64,000 bases of DNA, from NCBI RefSeq assembly GCF_902713615.1, contig NC_052158.1:37935729-37999728 (forward strand), written 5' to 3'. This DNA is from Scyliorhinus canicula. Lineage: Eukaryota. The position numbers were made by a program, and so were the translations under genes. Below, in pieces: positions 1 through 12,344 of the stretch. The first letter of the stretch is position 1. Every line of letters begins with the position of its first letter. The notes beneath the pieces are model-generated. The model made no database searches. It was given only the letters and a program-made list of their open reading frames with translations, and was not told where the DNA came from.

Positions 1-162
1 CATCTTTGGACTGTGGGAGGAAACCGGAGCACCCGGAGGAAACCCACGCACACACAGGGAGGACGTGCAGACTCCACACAGACAGCGACCCAGCCGGGAA
101 TCGAACCTGGGACCCTGGAGCTGTGAAGCATTTATGCTAACCACCATGCTACCGTGCTGCCC
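1..162 (-). mobile_element. HE1-type tRNA-derived shark SINE (5' part; rest lies outside the window)
   Basis: The reverse complement starts GGGCAGCACGGTAGCATGGTGGTTAGC and has a B-box GGTTCGATTCC; near-identical copies at 19620-19957 and 38456-38841. Confidence 0.85.
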
Positions 163-2229
163 ACTAAAACTTTCCAAAGCTACTGGGTGGCTCTAAGCTT
201 CATGTCAATGAAGGACATGTAGGAAAGATATCATTGCCAGACCCCATTCTTTCTCCATTTAATTAAATATTGCTGCGCTCAGCTGAATCAGACATCCAAG
301 CCTGTTCAAGCATTTACGAAATGTACGTGGGCCAGTAGATCAATTGCCCTTGGACTGAGGGGCTTGCTGGGCCAATTCAGAGGGCATTTAAGAGTCAACC
401 ACATTGCTGAGGGTCTGGAGTCACATACAAGCCAGACCAGGTAAGGACAGCAGATTTCCCTCCCTGGAGAACATTAGGGTAAGGATTGCTTCTGACATTT
501 GGTTTCTCTCTCCCAAACTCCATTTCTGCACCTTTCAGTTCTGTCTTTAACTTCAGTGAACAATACATTGCCCATTTCGCATTAGTGTTCCTGGAACATC
601 TATTTTAATTGACTGGTTTACAGAACAAGCTGTCCATTAGTTTTTTGGGCTTTGTTTCTTTTCATTGCTTTATTCTCCTGCTTCCGGTTTTGCATCTTGC
701 AGAGCTGTCAAAGTTGTTTCCTCTCCAGCTGCTAAGATTTTACAGTGTTGCTTGTATTTAAAAGTGATCTCAAAAGGGATTTTTTAAAAGAAGGATATGA
801 GGCAACCCGCCTCTACCAGCATCCCAGGCAGTGCAGTCCAGATCCTGCCCAGACTATCAAATTCAGTTCTCAGAATGGAAGATCCCAGGTAAGGGCACAG
901 AAAACTCCAAGTGGAATCAGTTAGTTCAATTAATCTCAAATATACTTTCGGTTCACTAGAATTGCATGTCAAAATTGATTCATTGAACTGCACGCATTGT
1001 GAATGGTTCCCATTCTCATTTCATTTTACATCCTTTTCCCCTCACTTCGTTTCCTCGTACTATTTTCACATGCAATAGTTGATAGTTGCCATGTTATCTT
1101 TTTGTGACCGCTGAGAAATTTTAAGTTTCAGTAAAAAAATTTCCATAACATCTTTAAAATAGAAATAAAACAAATTTCCTTCATTACATGCATCAACATA
1201 TTTTGCTTGTTCATTCTTCATTGAAGGGGATATTCCCATTTCTCTCAATAAACTCACGAAATTACATCATATTTGTTACATTCCAAATTATTCTGAATTC
1301 GAATGACAATTTCGTTTTGGAGATAACAGGTTTAATTTAGTTTCGAGTTAATTTTTCTGGAAAAAACGGTTTTTTTTCTTAAATGATAAAAAAACAGAAA
1401 TGTTAATTATGTATTTAATTGACTTTTCAGAACAAAAACTTGAATATTTAACTTTCCTGTTTAAGTGGATCTCTCGGTACCTGTAAAATAACACACAACA
1501 ATCCATTGCGGCTATAAACAGGAGCCTAATGAGTTGACACATACACAATCATAAGTGTATAAAATATTCTGTAACTTAATTTTCTCAGAAGTTAAATTAA
1601 AAAAAACATAAAAACGGTGTGGAGATTTAAAATAGCAATTTTCTGCTGAAAGGGTTAATTATACTGCAGAACATAAATGTGTAGAACTAAACATTTCTAG
1701 CGTTACGCAGATGTGTAACCCTGCATAATTTTAATTTTTAACATTTCTAAAAACCATGTTGAAATTTCAATGTTTTTCTCAGAGGGAACTCAACACAACA
1801 ATGAATATCTGACCAGCTATTAGCTCACAAACGAAAACAGTAAACTCAGGTGCTACGTATTAAATTCAATGATCCAACAATCGCATTCAAATGCAGCTAC
1901 AAATACATTATTTTGCATCTGATCCAGTTAACGAGCGCGAGGGGACCCATTGAGAGCCGGAGAGCGGCGGGGTGCCAGTGGGAGCAAAGATAATATAAGG
2001 CAGGTACCTGTAGTACGACCCGCGGACTTCTGGGAAGGATTTTCCCCTAGCCAATAAATTCTGGTGGAGAGGAAACCCGAGACACTACACGTATAGTGTC
2101 TCCCACCCGCCCTCCTCCTCTAACCTAATAATAAGACCCATTGCTGTAAGCAGGTAAGTGCTATATTATATTATTATTTTTTATGTATTTTATATTTGTT
2201 TAACCAGAACTTGGTTGGAACTAAGAGGG

Positions 2230-3168
2230 ATGGCAGGGAAGGCAGTGCAATGTTCCTCCTGCAGGATGTTTGAGGTGAGGGATGCCGTTAGTGTCCCTGC
2301 TGATATTACCTGCAGGAAGTGCAGCCATCTCCAGCCCCTACAAGACCGAGTTATTGTACTGGAGCTGGAGTTGGATGAACTTCGGATCATTCGGGAGGCA
2401 GATGGGGTCATAGATAAGAGCTTCAGGGAAGTAGTTACACCAAAGACTGGAGCTAGATGGGTAACTGTAAGAGGGACTGGGAAGAAGCAGTCAGTGCAGG
2501 GACCCCCTGCGGTCGTTCCCCTGAGTAAGAATATACCGTTTTGGATAGTTGTGGGGGGGGGGGCATACCAGGGGTAAGCCATGGGGTACGGGACTCTAGC
2601 ACGGAGTCTGTCCCTGTTGCTCAGAAGGGAAGGGGGGATAGGAGCAGAGCATTAGTAATTGGGGACTCAATAGTCAGGGGCACAGATAGGACATTTTGTG
2701 GGAATGAGAGAGACTCACGTTTGGTATGTTGCCTCCCAGGTGCAAGGGTACGTGATGTCTCGGATCGTGTTTTTCGGGACCTTAAGGGGGAAGGGGAGCA
2801 GCCCCAAGTCGTAGTCCACATTGGCACTAACGACATAGGTAGGAAAGGGGACAAGGATGTCAGGCAGAACTTTAGGGAGCTAGGATGGAAGCTCAGAGCG
2901 AGAACAAACAGAGTTGTTATCTCTGGGTTGTTGCCCGTGCCACGTGATAGTGAGATGAGGAATAGGGAGAGAGAGCAATTAAACACGTTGCTACAGGGAT
3001 GGTGCAGGCGGGAGGGATTCAGATTTATGGATAACTGGGGCTGTTCCTGGGGAAGGTGGGACCTCTATAGACAGGATGGTCTGCATCTGAACCTGAGGGG
3101 CACCAATATCCTGGGGGGGGAGATTTGTTAGTGCTCTTTGGGGGGGGGGGGGGGGGGGTTTAAACTAA
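2230..3168 (+). pseudogene. CR1 ORF1: zinc finger + coiled coil + SGNH/GDSL esterase (frameshifted)
   Basis: MAGKAVQCSSC..CRKC, LELELDELR coiled coil, then VIGDSIVRG, HIGTND and DGLH esterase blocks across ORFs 2158-2577 and 2541-3131. Confidence 0.85.
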
Positions 3169-4911
3169 TTCAGCGGGGGCATGGGAACCTGGATTGTAGT
3201 TTTGGGGTACGGGAGATTGAGAGTACAGAAGTCAGGAGCACAGATTTGACTTCGCAGGAGGGTGCCAATGTTCAGGTAGGTGGTTTGAAGTATGTCTACT
3301 TCAATGCCAGGAGTATACGAAATAAGGTAGGGGAACTGGCAGCATTGGTTGGTACCTGGGACTTCGATGTTGTGGCCATTTCAGAGACATGGATAGAGCA
3401 GAGACAGGAATGGTTGTTGCAGGTTCCGGGGTTTAGGTGATTTAGTAAGGTCAGAGAAGGGGGCAAAAGAGGGGGAGGTGTGGCGCTGCTAGTCAAGGAC
3501 AGTATTACGGTGGCAGAAAGGATGCAAGATGGGGACTCTTCTTCCGAGGTCGTACGGGCTGAGGTTAGAAACAGGAAAGGAGAGGTCACCCTGCTGGGAG
3601 TTTTCTATAGGCCACCTAATAATTCTAGGGATGTAGAGGAAAGGATGGCGAAGATTATTCTGGAAAAGAGCGATAGTAACCGGGTAGTTGATATCGGAGA
3701 CTTTAACTTTCCAAATATTGACTGGAAAAGATATAGTTCGAGTACATTAGATGGGTCGTTCTTTGTACAATGTGTGCAGGAGGGTTTCCTGACACAATAT
3801 GTTGACAGGCCAACAAGAGGTGAGGCCAGATTGGATTTGGTTTTGGGTAATGAACCAGGCCAGGTGTTAGATCTGGAGGTAGGTGAACACTTTGGAGACA
3901 GTGACCACAATTCGGTGACCTTTACATTAGTGATGGAAAGGGATAAGTATACCCCACAGGGCAAGAGTTATAGCTAGGGGAAAGGCGATTATGATGCCAT
4001 TACACATGACTTATGATGTGTAGTTTGGAGAAGTAGGCTGCAAGCTTTGGGCACACTGGATATGTGGAATTTGTTCAAGGAACAACTATTGCGTGTTCTT
4101 GATCAGTATGTACCAGTCAGGCAGGGAGGAAGGGATCGAGCGAGGGAACCATGGTTTAGCAAAGAAGTGGAATCTCTTGTTAAGAGGAAAAAGGAGACCT
4201 ATGTAAAGATGAGGCGTGAAGTTTCAGTTGGGGCACTTGATAGTTACAGGGAAGCAAGGAAGAATCTAAAGAGAGAGCTAAGACGAGCAAGGAAGGGACA
4301 TGAGAAGTGTTTGGCAGGTAGGATCAAGGAAAACCCAAAAGCTTTCTATAGGTATTTCAGGAATAAAAGAATGACTAGGGTAAGAGTAAGTCGAGTCAAG
4401 GACAGTGGTGGGAAGTTGTGTGTGGAGGCTGAGGAGATAAGCGAGATACTAAATGAATACTTTTCGTCAGTATTCACTCGGGAAAAAGATAATGTTGTGG
4501 AGGAGAATGCTGAGACCCAGGCTATTAGAATAGATGGCATTGAGGTGCGTATCAAGTGTTGGCAATTCTGGACAAGGTGAAAATAGATATGGCCCCGGGT
4601 CCTGATGGGATTTATCGTAGGATCCTCTGGGAAGCCAGAAAAGAGACTGCTGAGCCTTTGGCTTTTATTTTTAAGTCATCATTGGCTACAGGAATAGTGC
4701 CAGGGGACTGGAGGATAGCACATGTGGTCCCTTTGTTCAAGAAGGGGAATAGAGATAACCCCGGTAACTATAGGCCGGCGAGCCTAACGTCTGTTGTGGG
4801 TAAAGTCTTGGAGAGGATTATAAAAGATACGATTTATAATCATCTAGATAGGAATAATATGATTAGGGATAGTCAGCATGGTTTTATGAAGGGTAGGTCA
4901 TGTCTCACAAA

Positions 4912-5974
4912 TGGGTGTTCCTCTGGTTGGCAATCAGTAGCTAGTGGTGTCCCTCAGGGATCCGTGTTGGGCCCACAATTGTTCACAATTTACATTGATG
5001 ATTTGGAGTTGGGGACCAAGGGCAATGTGTCCAAGTTTGCAGATGACACTAAGATGAGTGGTAAAGCGTAAAGTGTAGAGGATACTGGAAGTCTGCAGAG
5101 GGATTTGGATAGGTTAAGTGAATGGGCTCGGGTCTGGCAGATGGAATACAATGTTGACAAATGTGAGGTTATCCATTTTGGTAGGAATAACAGCAAACGG
5201 GATTATTATTTAAACGATAAAATATTAAAGCATGTCGCTGTTCAGAGAGACTTGGGTGTGCTAGTGCATGAGTCACAGAAGGTTGGTTTACAAGTGCAAC
5301 AGGTTATTAAGAAGGCAAATGGAATTTTGTCCTTCATTGCTAGAGGAATGGAGTTTAAGACTAGGGAGGTTATGTTGCAATTGTATAAGGTGTTAGTGCG
5401 GCCACACCTGGAGTATTGTGTTCAGTTTTGGTCTCCTTACTTGAGAAAGGACGTACTGGCGCTGGAGGGTGTGCAGAGGAGATTCACTAGGTTAATCCCA
5501 GACCTGAAGGGGTTGGATTATGAGGAGAGGTTGAGTAGACTGGGACTGTACTCGTTGGAATTTAGAAGGATGAGGGGGGATCTTATAGAAACATTTAAAA
5601 TTATGAAGGTAATAGATAGGATAGATGCGGGCAGGTTGTTTCCACTGGCGGGTGACAGCAGAACTAGGGGGCATAGCCTCAAAATAAGGGGAAGTAGATT
5701 TAGGACTGAGTTTAGGAGGAACTTCTTCACCCAAAGGGTTGTGAATCTATGGAATTCCTTGCCCAGTGAAGCAGTTGAGGCTCCTTCATTACATGTTTTT
5801 AAGGTAAAGATAGATAGTTTTTTGAAGAATAAAGGGATTAAGGGTTATGGTGTTCGGGCCGGAAAGTGGAGCTGAGTCCACAAAAGGTCAGCCATGATCT
5901 CATTGAACGGCGGAGCAGGCTCGAGGGGCCAGATGGCCTACTCCTGCTCCTAGTTCTTATGTTCTTATGTTCTT
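4912..5974 (+). mobile_element. 5'-truncated CR1 of a second subfamily inserted into the RT of the outer CR1
   Basis: The outer reading GRSCLTN|LIEFFEKVT is split. The insert has its own RT C-terminus (ORF 5105-5875) and a (GTTCTTAT)n tail, and is flanked by AAA on both sides (4909-4911 / 5975-5977). Confidence 0.9.
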
Positions 5975-7539
5975 AAACCTTATCGAGTTCTTTGAGAAGG
6001 TGACTGAACAGGTAGACGAGGGTAGAGCAGTTGATGTGGTGTATATGGATTTCAGTAAAGCGTTTGATAAGGTTCCCCACGGTCGGCTAGTGCAGAAAAT
6101 ACGGAGGCTGGGGATTAAGGGTGATTTAGAGATGTGGATCAGAAATTGGCTAGTTGAAAGAAGACAGAGAGTGGTGGTTGATGGGAAATGTTCAGAATGG
6201 AGTTCAGTTACGAGTGGCGTACCACAAGGATCTGTTCTGGGGCCGTTGCTGTTTGTCATTTTTATAAATTACCTAGAGGAGGGCGCAGAAGGATGGGTGA
6301 GTAAATTTGCAGACGACACTAAAGTCGGTGGAGTTGTAGACAGTGCGGAAGGATGTTGCAGGTTACAGAGGGACATAGATAAGCTGCAGAGCTGGGCTGA
6401 GAGGTGGCAAATAGAGTTTAATGTGGAGAAGTGTGAGGTGATTCACTTTGGAAAGAATAACAGGAATGCGGAATATTTGGCTAATGGTAAAATTCTTGGT
6501 AGTGTGGATGAGCAGAGGGATCTCGGTGTCCATGTACATAGATCCCTGAAAGTTGCCACCCAGGTTGATAGGGTTGTGAAGGCCTATGGTATGTTGGCCT
6601 TTATTGGTAGAGGGATTGAGTTCCGGAGCCATGAGGTCATGTTGCAGTTGTACAAAACTCTAGTACGGCCGCATTTGGAGTATTGCGTACAGTTCTGGTC
6701 GCCTCATTATAGGAAGGATGTGGAAGCTTTGGAACGGGTGCAGAGGAGATTTACCAGGATGTTGCCTGGTATGGAGGGAAAATCTTATGAGGAAAGGCTG
6801 ATGGACTTGAGGTTGTTTTCGTTAGAGAGAAGAAGGTTAAGAGGTGACTTACTAGAGGCATACAAAATGATCAGAGGGTTAGATAGGATGGACAGTGAGA
6901 GCCTTCTCGCGCGGATGGAGGTGGCTAGCACGAGGGGACATAGCCTTAAATTGAGGGGTAATAGATATAGGACAGAGGTCAGAGGTGGGTTTTTTATGCA
7001 AAGTGGTGAGGCCCTGGAATGCCCTACCTGCAACAGTAGTGGACTCGCCAATATTGAGGGCATTTAAAATTTTATTGGATAAGCATATGGATGATAAAGG
7101 CATAGTGTAGGTTAGATGGCCTTTAGTTTTTGACTTCCCATTTTGGTGCAACATCGTGGGCCGAAGGGCCTGTACTGCGCTGTATCGTTCTATATTCTAT
7201 GTTCTATAACTCGAAGTCCTTTTTAACGCAATATCTTCCAATCGCTCGACCGTATATGTTTCCATTCCTACTCATGTCAAAAGACGGAATACACTGCGTG
7301 TTTTTGTAACCCCCGAGTGCTTGCTTGTCCATTGGGTTGAGAAATAGGGACACGATTGCATCTCACTTATTATTTTACAGCTATCTGCAGATACCATTTG
7401 AACAGAAGATATTATTTTCTGTGAGGGAAGGGGGAATAAATAACTGAAGCGACAATAGGTACCAATTAGGACACATTTTCTTACCTACCAATGAATATGA
7501 TTGTCCACAAAGTAACTCTGCTAATGGCCATTGGTTCTT

Positions 7540-9150
7540 TGTATTCTTGCATGGCTGTTGAGGCCAATCCTAATGCAACTCAACCGCATACATGGAGTAT
7601 GTTCATGAGAGGTCAGATTGTCTCTGCGGTCGAGAGTGCGGGTATTCCTTTATCAGGCTCATTTTCAGCCACCCCGCCCCCTCTTGCCGTAGGGTGTCCT
7701 CGACGAATTATCTCCTTTCGGTCAGGACGTTCCTCCAAACATGTCTGATCAAGTGTATCCCACATATTCACGACGATGTTGCTTCTTTAATTACGCCTTC
7801 AAGGACTCATTGAAGCCCTTCCCTTCATCCCAGCTTGTTTTGAATATTTCCTTCAGCTGGGCAAAGAAGATTTGTTTTGGAAGTTGGGACTGTAACATTC
7901 TAAGTACATGGTCGGCCGTGTGGAATCTGTTTCAGATCGTTCAGGTGCTGATGCTCTCATGTTGTTAAGCGTGTCCTTCCACGTGCTGCGGAGAATCCGT
8001 CTAAGCCAGCACCGATGGTGCCTGCCCAGGGCCTTGGGGTGGTGTCTGTATGAATTCCAAGGATCAAAGTCCAAATTTCAAAGCCATGTAAAAGAAATGG
8101 GAGCGCAACCACCGTGTACATGAAAATCTTGTTATCAGCACGGGTATCATGACCGTCAAATATTACAGTCCTTCAGAATCCTTGCGGATGGGAAACTATA
8201 TTGGATCTCTACAGCCATGTCAGCCTTAGAGGAGAGGTGGCTCCCCAGGTATGGAAAATGGTTCAAATTAGGGTGCGTATCAATGGCTTTCATGGAGGGA
8301 AGTTACCAGATCTTGCCCTCTGCTACGTTGATAAAGGACTTGAATCTTCTTTAGCTTGAAGCTTAGAGCAAGTGCTTTGCCTAATTCCGCGACGGTTTCA
8401 AGCATGGGTTGGAGATTCTCTTCTCAGAGAGTAGATATAGCGATTTTATCCACACACTGAAGTTTCACGAATGGAGTCACTGTATTATTCTTAGAGCGCA
8501 ACTTATTGAGTCTTTGATGACTGTGAATTCCGTGTTGTTACCAAAACACTTTCGAAGGCCATCGTCCTTCTAACTCTTTTATAAAGCTCAGAAACACGCA
8601 GTATTGACCAATTCTACCCCAAGGCCTTACAGTCGTACCACCAATGCTTTAAGAGACAGATTCCCCGTATCAGCTGGGTGGACGGAAAAGTAACATTGTG
8701 TCATTGAAGGAATCAAGAGCACCGAAATCGAGGCTATGACGAACGGAACCATGTCAATTGGACACCCATGTGCTTAGGATGTCAGAACTGCGACTGCTAA
8801 AGAAGATCTTCCTTGCCAACCTCCGGTAAGACTTCTGAACAAGAGAAGGACAATGAAAGCACTTGAAAGACATTTAAGGGCTTAACTCAAGAAATGCAAC
8901 AGAGATGTCAACGCCTGGCAAATCCTGGCTGAGGAAGGTTTGCTTGGAGGAACCTCCTGACTGAAGGGGCACAATTCTTCGAGGACATCAGGCTGTAGAG
9001 GAGGACATTAAATTATCATGAGAAAGGAATACCAGTGAGCGAGTGTCCGCAGACATATCCCAACTCCTTGAAGGAACTGGCACGTATACAGTCAAAGTTG
9101 TGGCACGAGGATAGGGCTCCAGTCATGCGAGAATGCATCGGAATCATGAT
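7540..9150. mobile_element. Two degenerate RTE-clade LINE fragments in opposite orientation
   Basis: The - strand reads YRHHPKALGRHHRCWLRRILRSTWKD (7853-8074); the + strand from ~8620 reads KALQSYHQCF..ISW. Both match the RTE RT C-terminal region. Boundaries approximate. Confidence 0.55.
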
Positions 9151-9274
9151 TAGTAACATGACGTTTCTTTGGTGGGCATTCAGACTTGTTAGCGACTGAT
9201 CTTTAAAGAAGAAAACAAGGTGTGAACGTACCTTGCATTTTCCAGCAGTATTGAATATCTCTGTTGTTTCTTTA

Positions 9275-10990
9275 CTTTATTAGTCATTTAAGGGTGTGGG
9301 CATCGCTGGTTAGGTTAGCAATTATTGCTCATCATTAGTCGCCCTTCAGAACGTGGTAGTGACTTTATTTTGTCGACCACTTCTGTCCATGTGGTGCAAC
9401 TACATCCACAGTTCTAATAAGGGGGGAGTTGCAGGATTTTCACAACCACAATGAAAGAACAACGATATATTTCTAAGTCATGCTGGTGAGTGATTTTGAG
9501 GGTAATCTTCAGGTGGTCCATCAAGATAATATCGTACGTGACTTTGAATGTGCGGTCTAAGGAACGTTGGCGAGTTATTGTATGTATCATGTGGATGGTA
9601 CACATCGCTGCCAGTGTTCGCCATTGGTGGAAGGTTGAAATGTTTGTGGCAGGGTATCACTGATATCGGGATGCATTGTCTAGGATGATTTCGAGCTTCT
9701 TGAAAGTTGTTGGAGCTACACCTATCCAGGCAAGTGAAGTATTCAATCACCTGATTATCTGTCGATGGTGGACTGTGTTGACGGGAGACGGAGAGGTGCG
9801 CGGGGCGGTTATCAGGAGTTGAGTTAATCACCGCTGAATTCCTATCCTTTGAGCCGTCCTCGTGGCCACAGTAGTAATATGGCGAGTCTGGTTCAGATTA
9901 TAATCAATGGTAACCTCTGTCATATTGATTGTAGGGGTAAAAGCGATGGGAATGCCATTGAATGTCAAGGGGTGCTGGTTAGATGCTCTATTGTCGAAGA
10001 TGGTCATTGTCTGGCACTTGTGCAGGGCGAGAGTAATGTGCAATAGTGAGCCGAAGCCTGGATATTGTCCAGGTCTTCCTACATTACGACATGGACTGAT
10101 TCATTATATCAGGAGTCACGAATGGTGCCGCACTGTGTAGAGTCATCTGTGATCAACTCCAATTCTGACCCTCTGATGAAAAGTAGGTAATTGATGAATG
10201 AAATAAAATGAATGAAAATCGCTTATTGTCACGAGTAGTCTTCAATGAAGTTACTGTGAAAAGCCCCTAGTCGCCACATTCCAGCGCCTGTCCGGGGAGG
10301 TTGTTACGGGAAACAAACTATGCAGCTGGCCTGCTTGGTCTGCTTTGAAAGCCAGCGATTTAGCCCAGTGAGCTAAAACAGCCCCTTTAACACTTCGTCT
10401 CTGGGTGGGTCGAAGTGTAGGTTGAAGCAGATGAAGGTGGTTGGGCCTTGGGCACACCCCTTATGAACTCCTGCAGTGATATCCCGGGGCTGAGATAATT
10501 GATCTCCAATCAGCACAACCATCTTTGTTTTAGTGCCAGATATGACTCCAACCAATGGAGGGGGTTTGCTCTTGATTCCCATTGACTCCAGTTTGGCTTG
10601 GACCATTGATGCCATACTCGGTCAAATGCTGCCTTGATGTTAAGGGCAGGTCCTCTCACCTGACCTCTGGCATTCATCTCTTTTGTCCATGTTTGAACCA
10701 AGGCGACAATGATGACAGGAGCTGAGTGACCTTGGCAGAACCGACACTGAGCGCCCATGCGTAGTTTCTTGCTGAGTAAGTGCTGCTTGATATCACTGTT
10801 GATGAGTTCTTCAATCACATTGCTCATAATGGAGAGTGGACTAAATTTGAAGATTTTTGGGAATGCCTCAGCCTTTTGCTAATTTATACTGCGCTGCTCC
10901 ACCAGTGATGATGGGGATATTTGTGGAGCTTCCTCCTCTAGTGAGTTGTTTAATTCTTCACCACCATTGACGATGGATGTGGCAGGACTT
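9275..10990 (-). mobile_element. Degenerate CR1/L2-group LINE
   Basis: The - strand ORF 10510-10827 has RT motifs (Q.RF.QGHSAP, ALNIKAAFDRVWHQ); a homologous + strand copy lies at ~27950-29340. Confidence 0.7.
10205..10385 (-). mobile_element. Second tRNA-derived SINE family
   Basis: tRNA-like head GGGGCTG(G/T)TTTAGCTCAC..GGCTAAATCGCTGGCTTT and a shared 3' body; the same sequence occurs at 17715-17887 and 32097-32267. Confidence 0.75.
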
Positions 10991-12344
10991 GAGATGCTAG
11001 ATCTGTTCAAAGTAAATCCCTTTAGCCAGAGGAAGTACCTTCTCGTTTGTGATTTGCTGACATATTTTACATGAAACAGTTTATCTAACTGTAAGTGGAT
11101 GGGTATAATCCGTATCTCCCCATCATTCACGCTAATTTTGTATTGAAAATGCGTTTAACTGTGCCCAGGTAGTGCGTATTAACAGGGCAATTATCTGTGT
11201 ACCTACATGGAGGAGCGTGCTGAAACTTCAGCTGTTGCATGATATGTAAATGTATGAAAACATCCTTAATTGAATACCTATCTGAGATTCAATACTTTAG
11301 CAGAAAAGAATCACCTTGTTGGAAAAAGTATACATGAAGATAAATTCTCCAGTCATAAAGATAAAGTGAGAGTCACCATTTTGCTGAAAGGCACAAATGT
11401 GTCATAACTGCATTTCATTTTGTTTCAAGATGTTTGGTTTCATCAATTCTGTTTCATATGAACCCGACCCCTAAAGAAGCACAGGCTGGTATTCGTGACT
11501 GGATGACAACTCAGTATTTTGCGAGTGCAGTGGATATTAACCAAAGTGCTTTCAGTCCCACGGCCACACGTACACTGAATGGTAACCTGTAACTTCTGTC
11601 CACAAATGGAATAACTGAAAGAAATGGTTTTATGTCAATGTAGTATTAAAGACGGTCGTGTTTTTTTCCACAATCAGTAATTAATTGATGGTGAGATGTG
11701 AGTGTGTGAAAGATTTCTTTAGCTGAGTAAATGTTGCTGAATTAAATGGAGCTTTTAGGAGAGTATCTGAAGAATGCAGAAATATTCTTCAGCCGGTGGG
11801 CACATAATTATTATTAAACAGTTCAGCTCATCAAAAGCTGTAATTGTTGGTTCAGTCATTTCCATTCTCCTTTAGGGATGCAAATTATCCTAGTAAACAA
11901 ACCATCTCATCTGGAAACTAATTAGTGTCACAATTCGTGAACACAATATCGAAAGCAAATGTAAAATTCGTGAAACTGTCTGCAAAAATACACAGAAGAA
12001 ACAATTTTTGTATTTCTGAGTTTTTATTGGTTCCATTCATATCAGCATATTTTATAAATGACAAGGGACATATCCTTCGACGTATGAATGTCAAATTTCC
12101 ACTTAAGTCCTCTGCTGATGAAGCGGTATCAAACCATCTATGTGCACAAGGCTCAGTACTAAAATATAATGATGTGGAGATGCCGGCGTTTGACTCAGGT
12201 GAGGAAGGAGCAGTGCTCCGAAAGCTAGTGTTTGAAACAAACATGATGGATTTAACCTGGTGTTGTAAGAGTTTTTACTGTATTAAAATATACAACAAGT
12301 TACTTGGTTATTTTGCTAATGCAGATTAATAATTAACTCAATGG

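Larger units (their letters stand above)
1931..7207 (+). mobile_element. Near full-length CR1-clade LINE (HER1-like), mildly degenerate, interrupted by a second CR1
   Basis: ORF1 (from ATG 2230) has a zinc finger and an SGNH esterase. ORF2 has APE endonuclease motifs (YFNARSI, ISETW, GDFNFP, SDHN) and RT motifs ([29 protein letters not shown]). 3' tail is (GTTCTAT)n at ~7186-7207. The 5' boundary is approximate. Confidence 0.92.

Noticed and set aside
2553-3157. Programmed frameshifts at G runs in CR1 ORF1
   Set aside because: Long homopolymers are prone to slippage or sequencing error; no supporting signal.
10205-10385. tRNA gene
   Set aside because: The tRNA-like head continues into a repeated SINE body found three times; not a full cloverleaf gene.
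11918-12329. ORFs of 108-134 aa on both strands
   Set aside because: No recognisable motifs; AT-rich and partly a repeat fragment.
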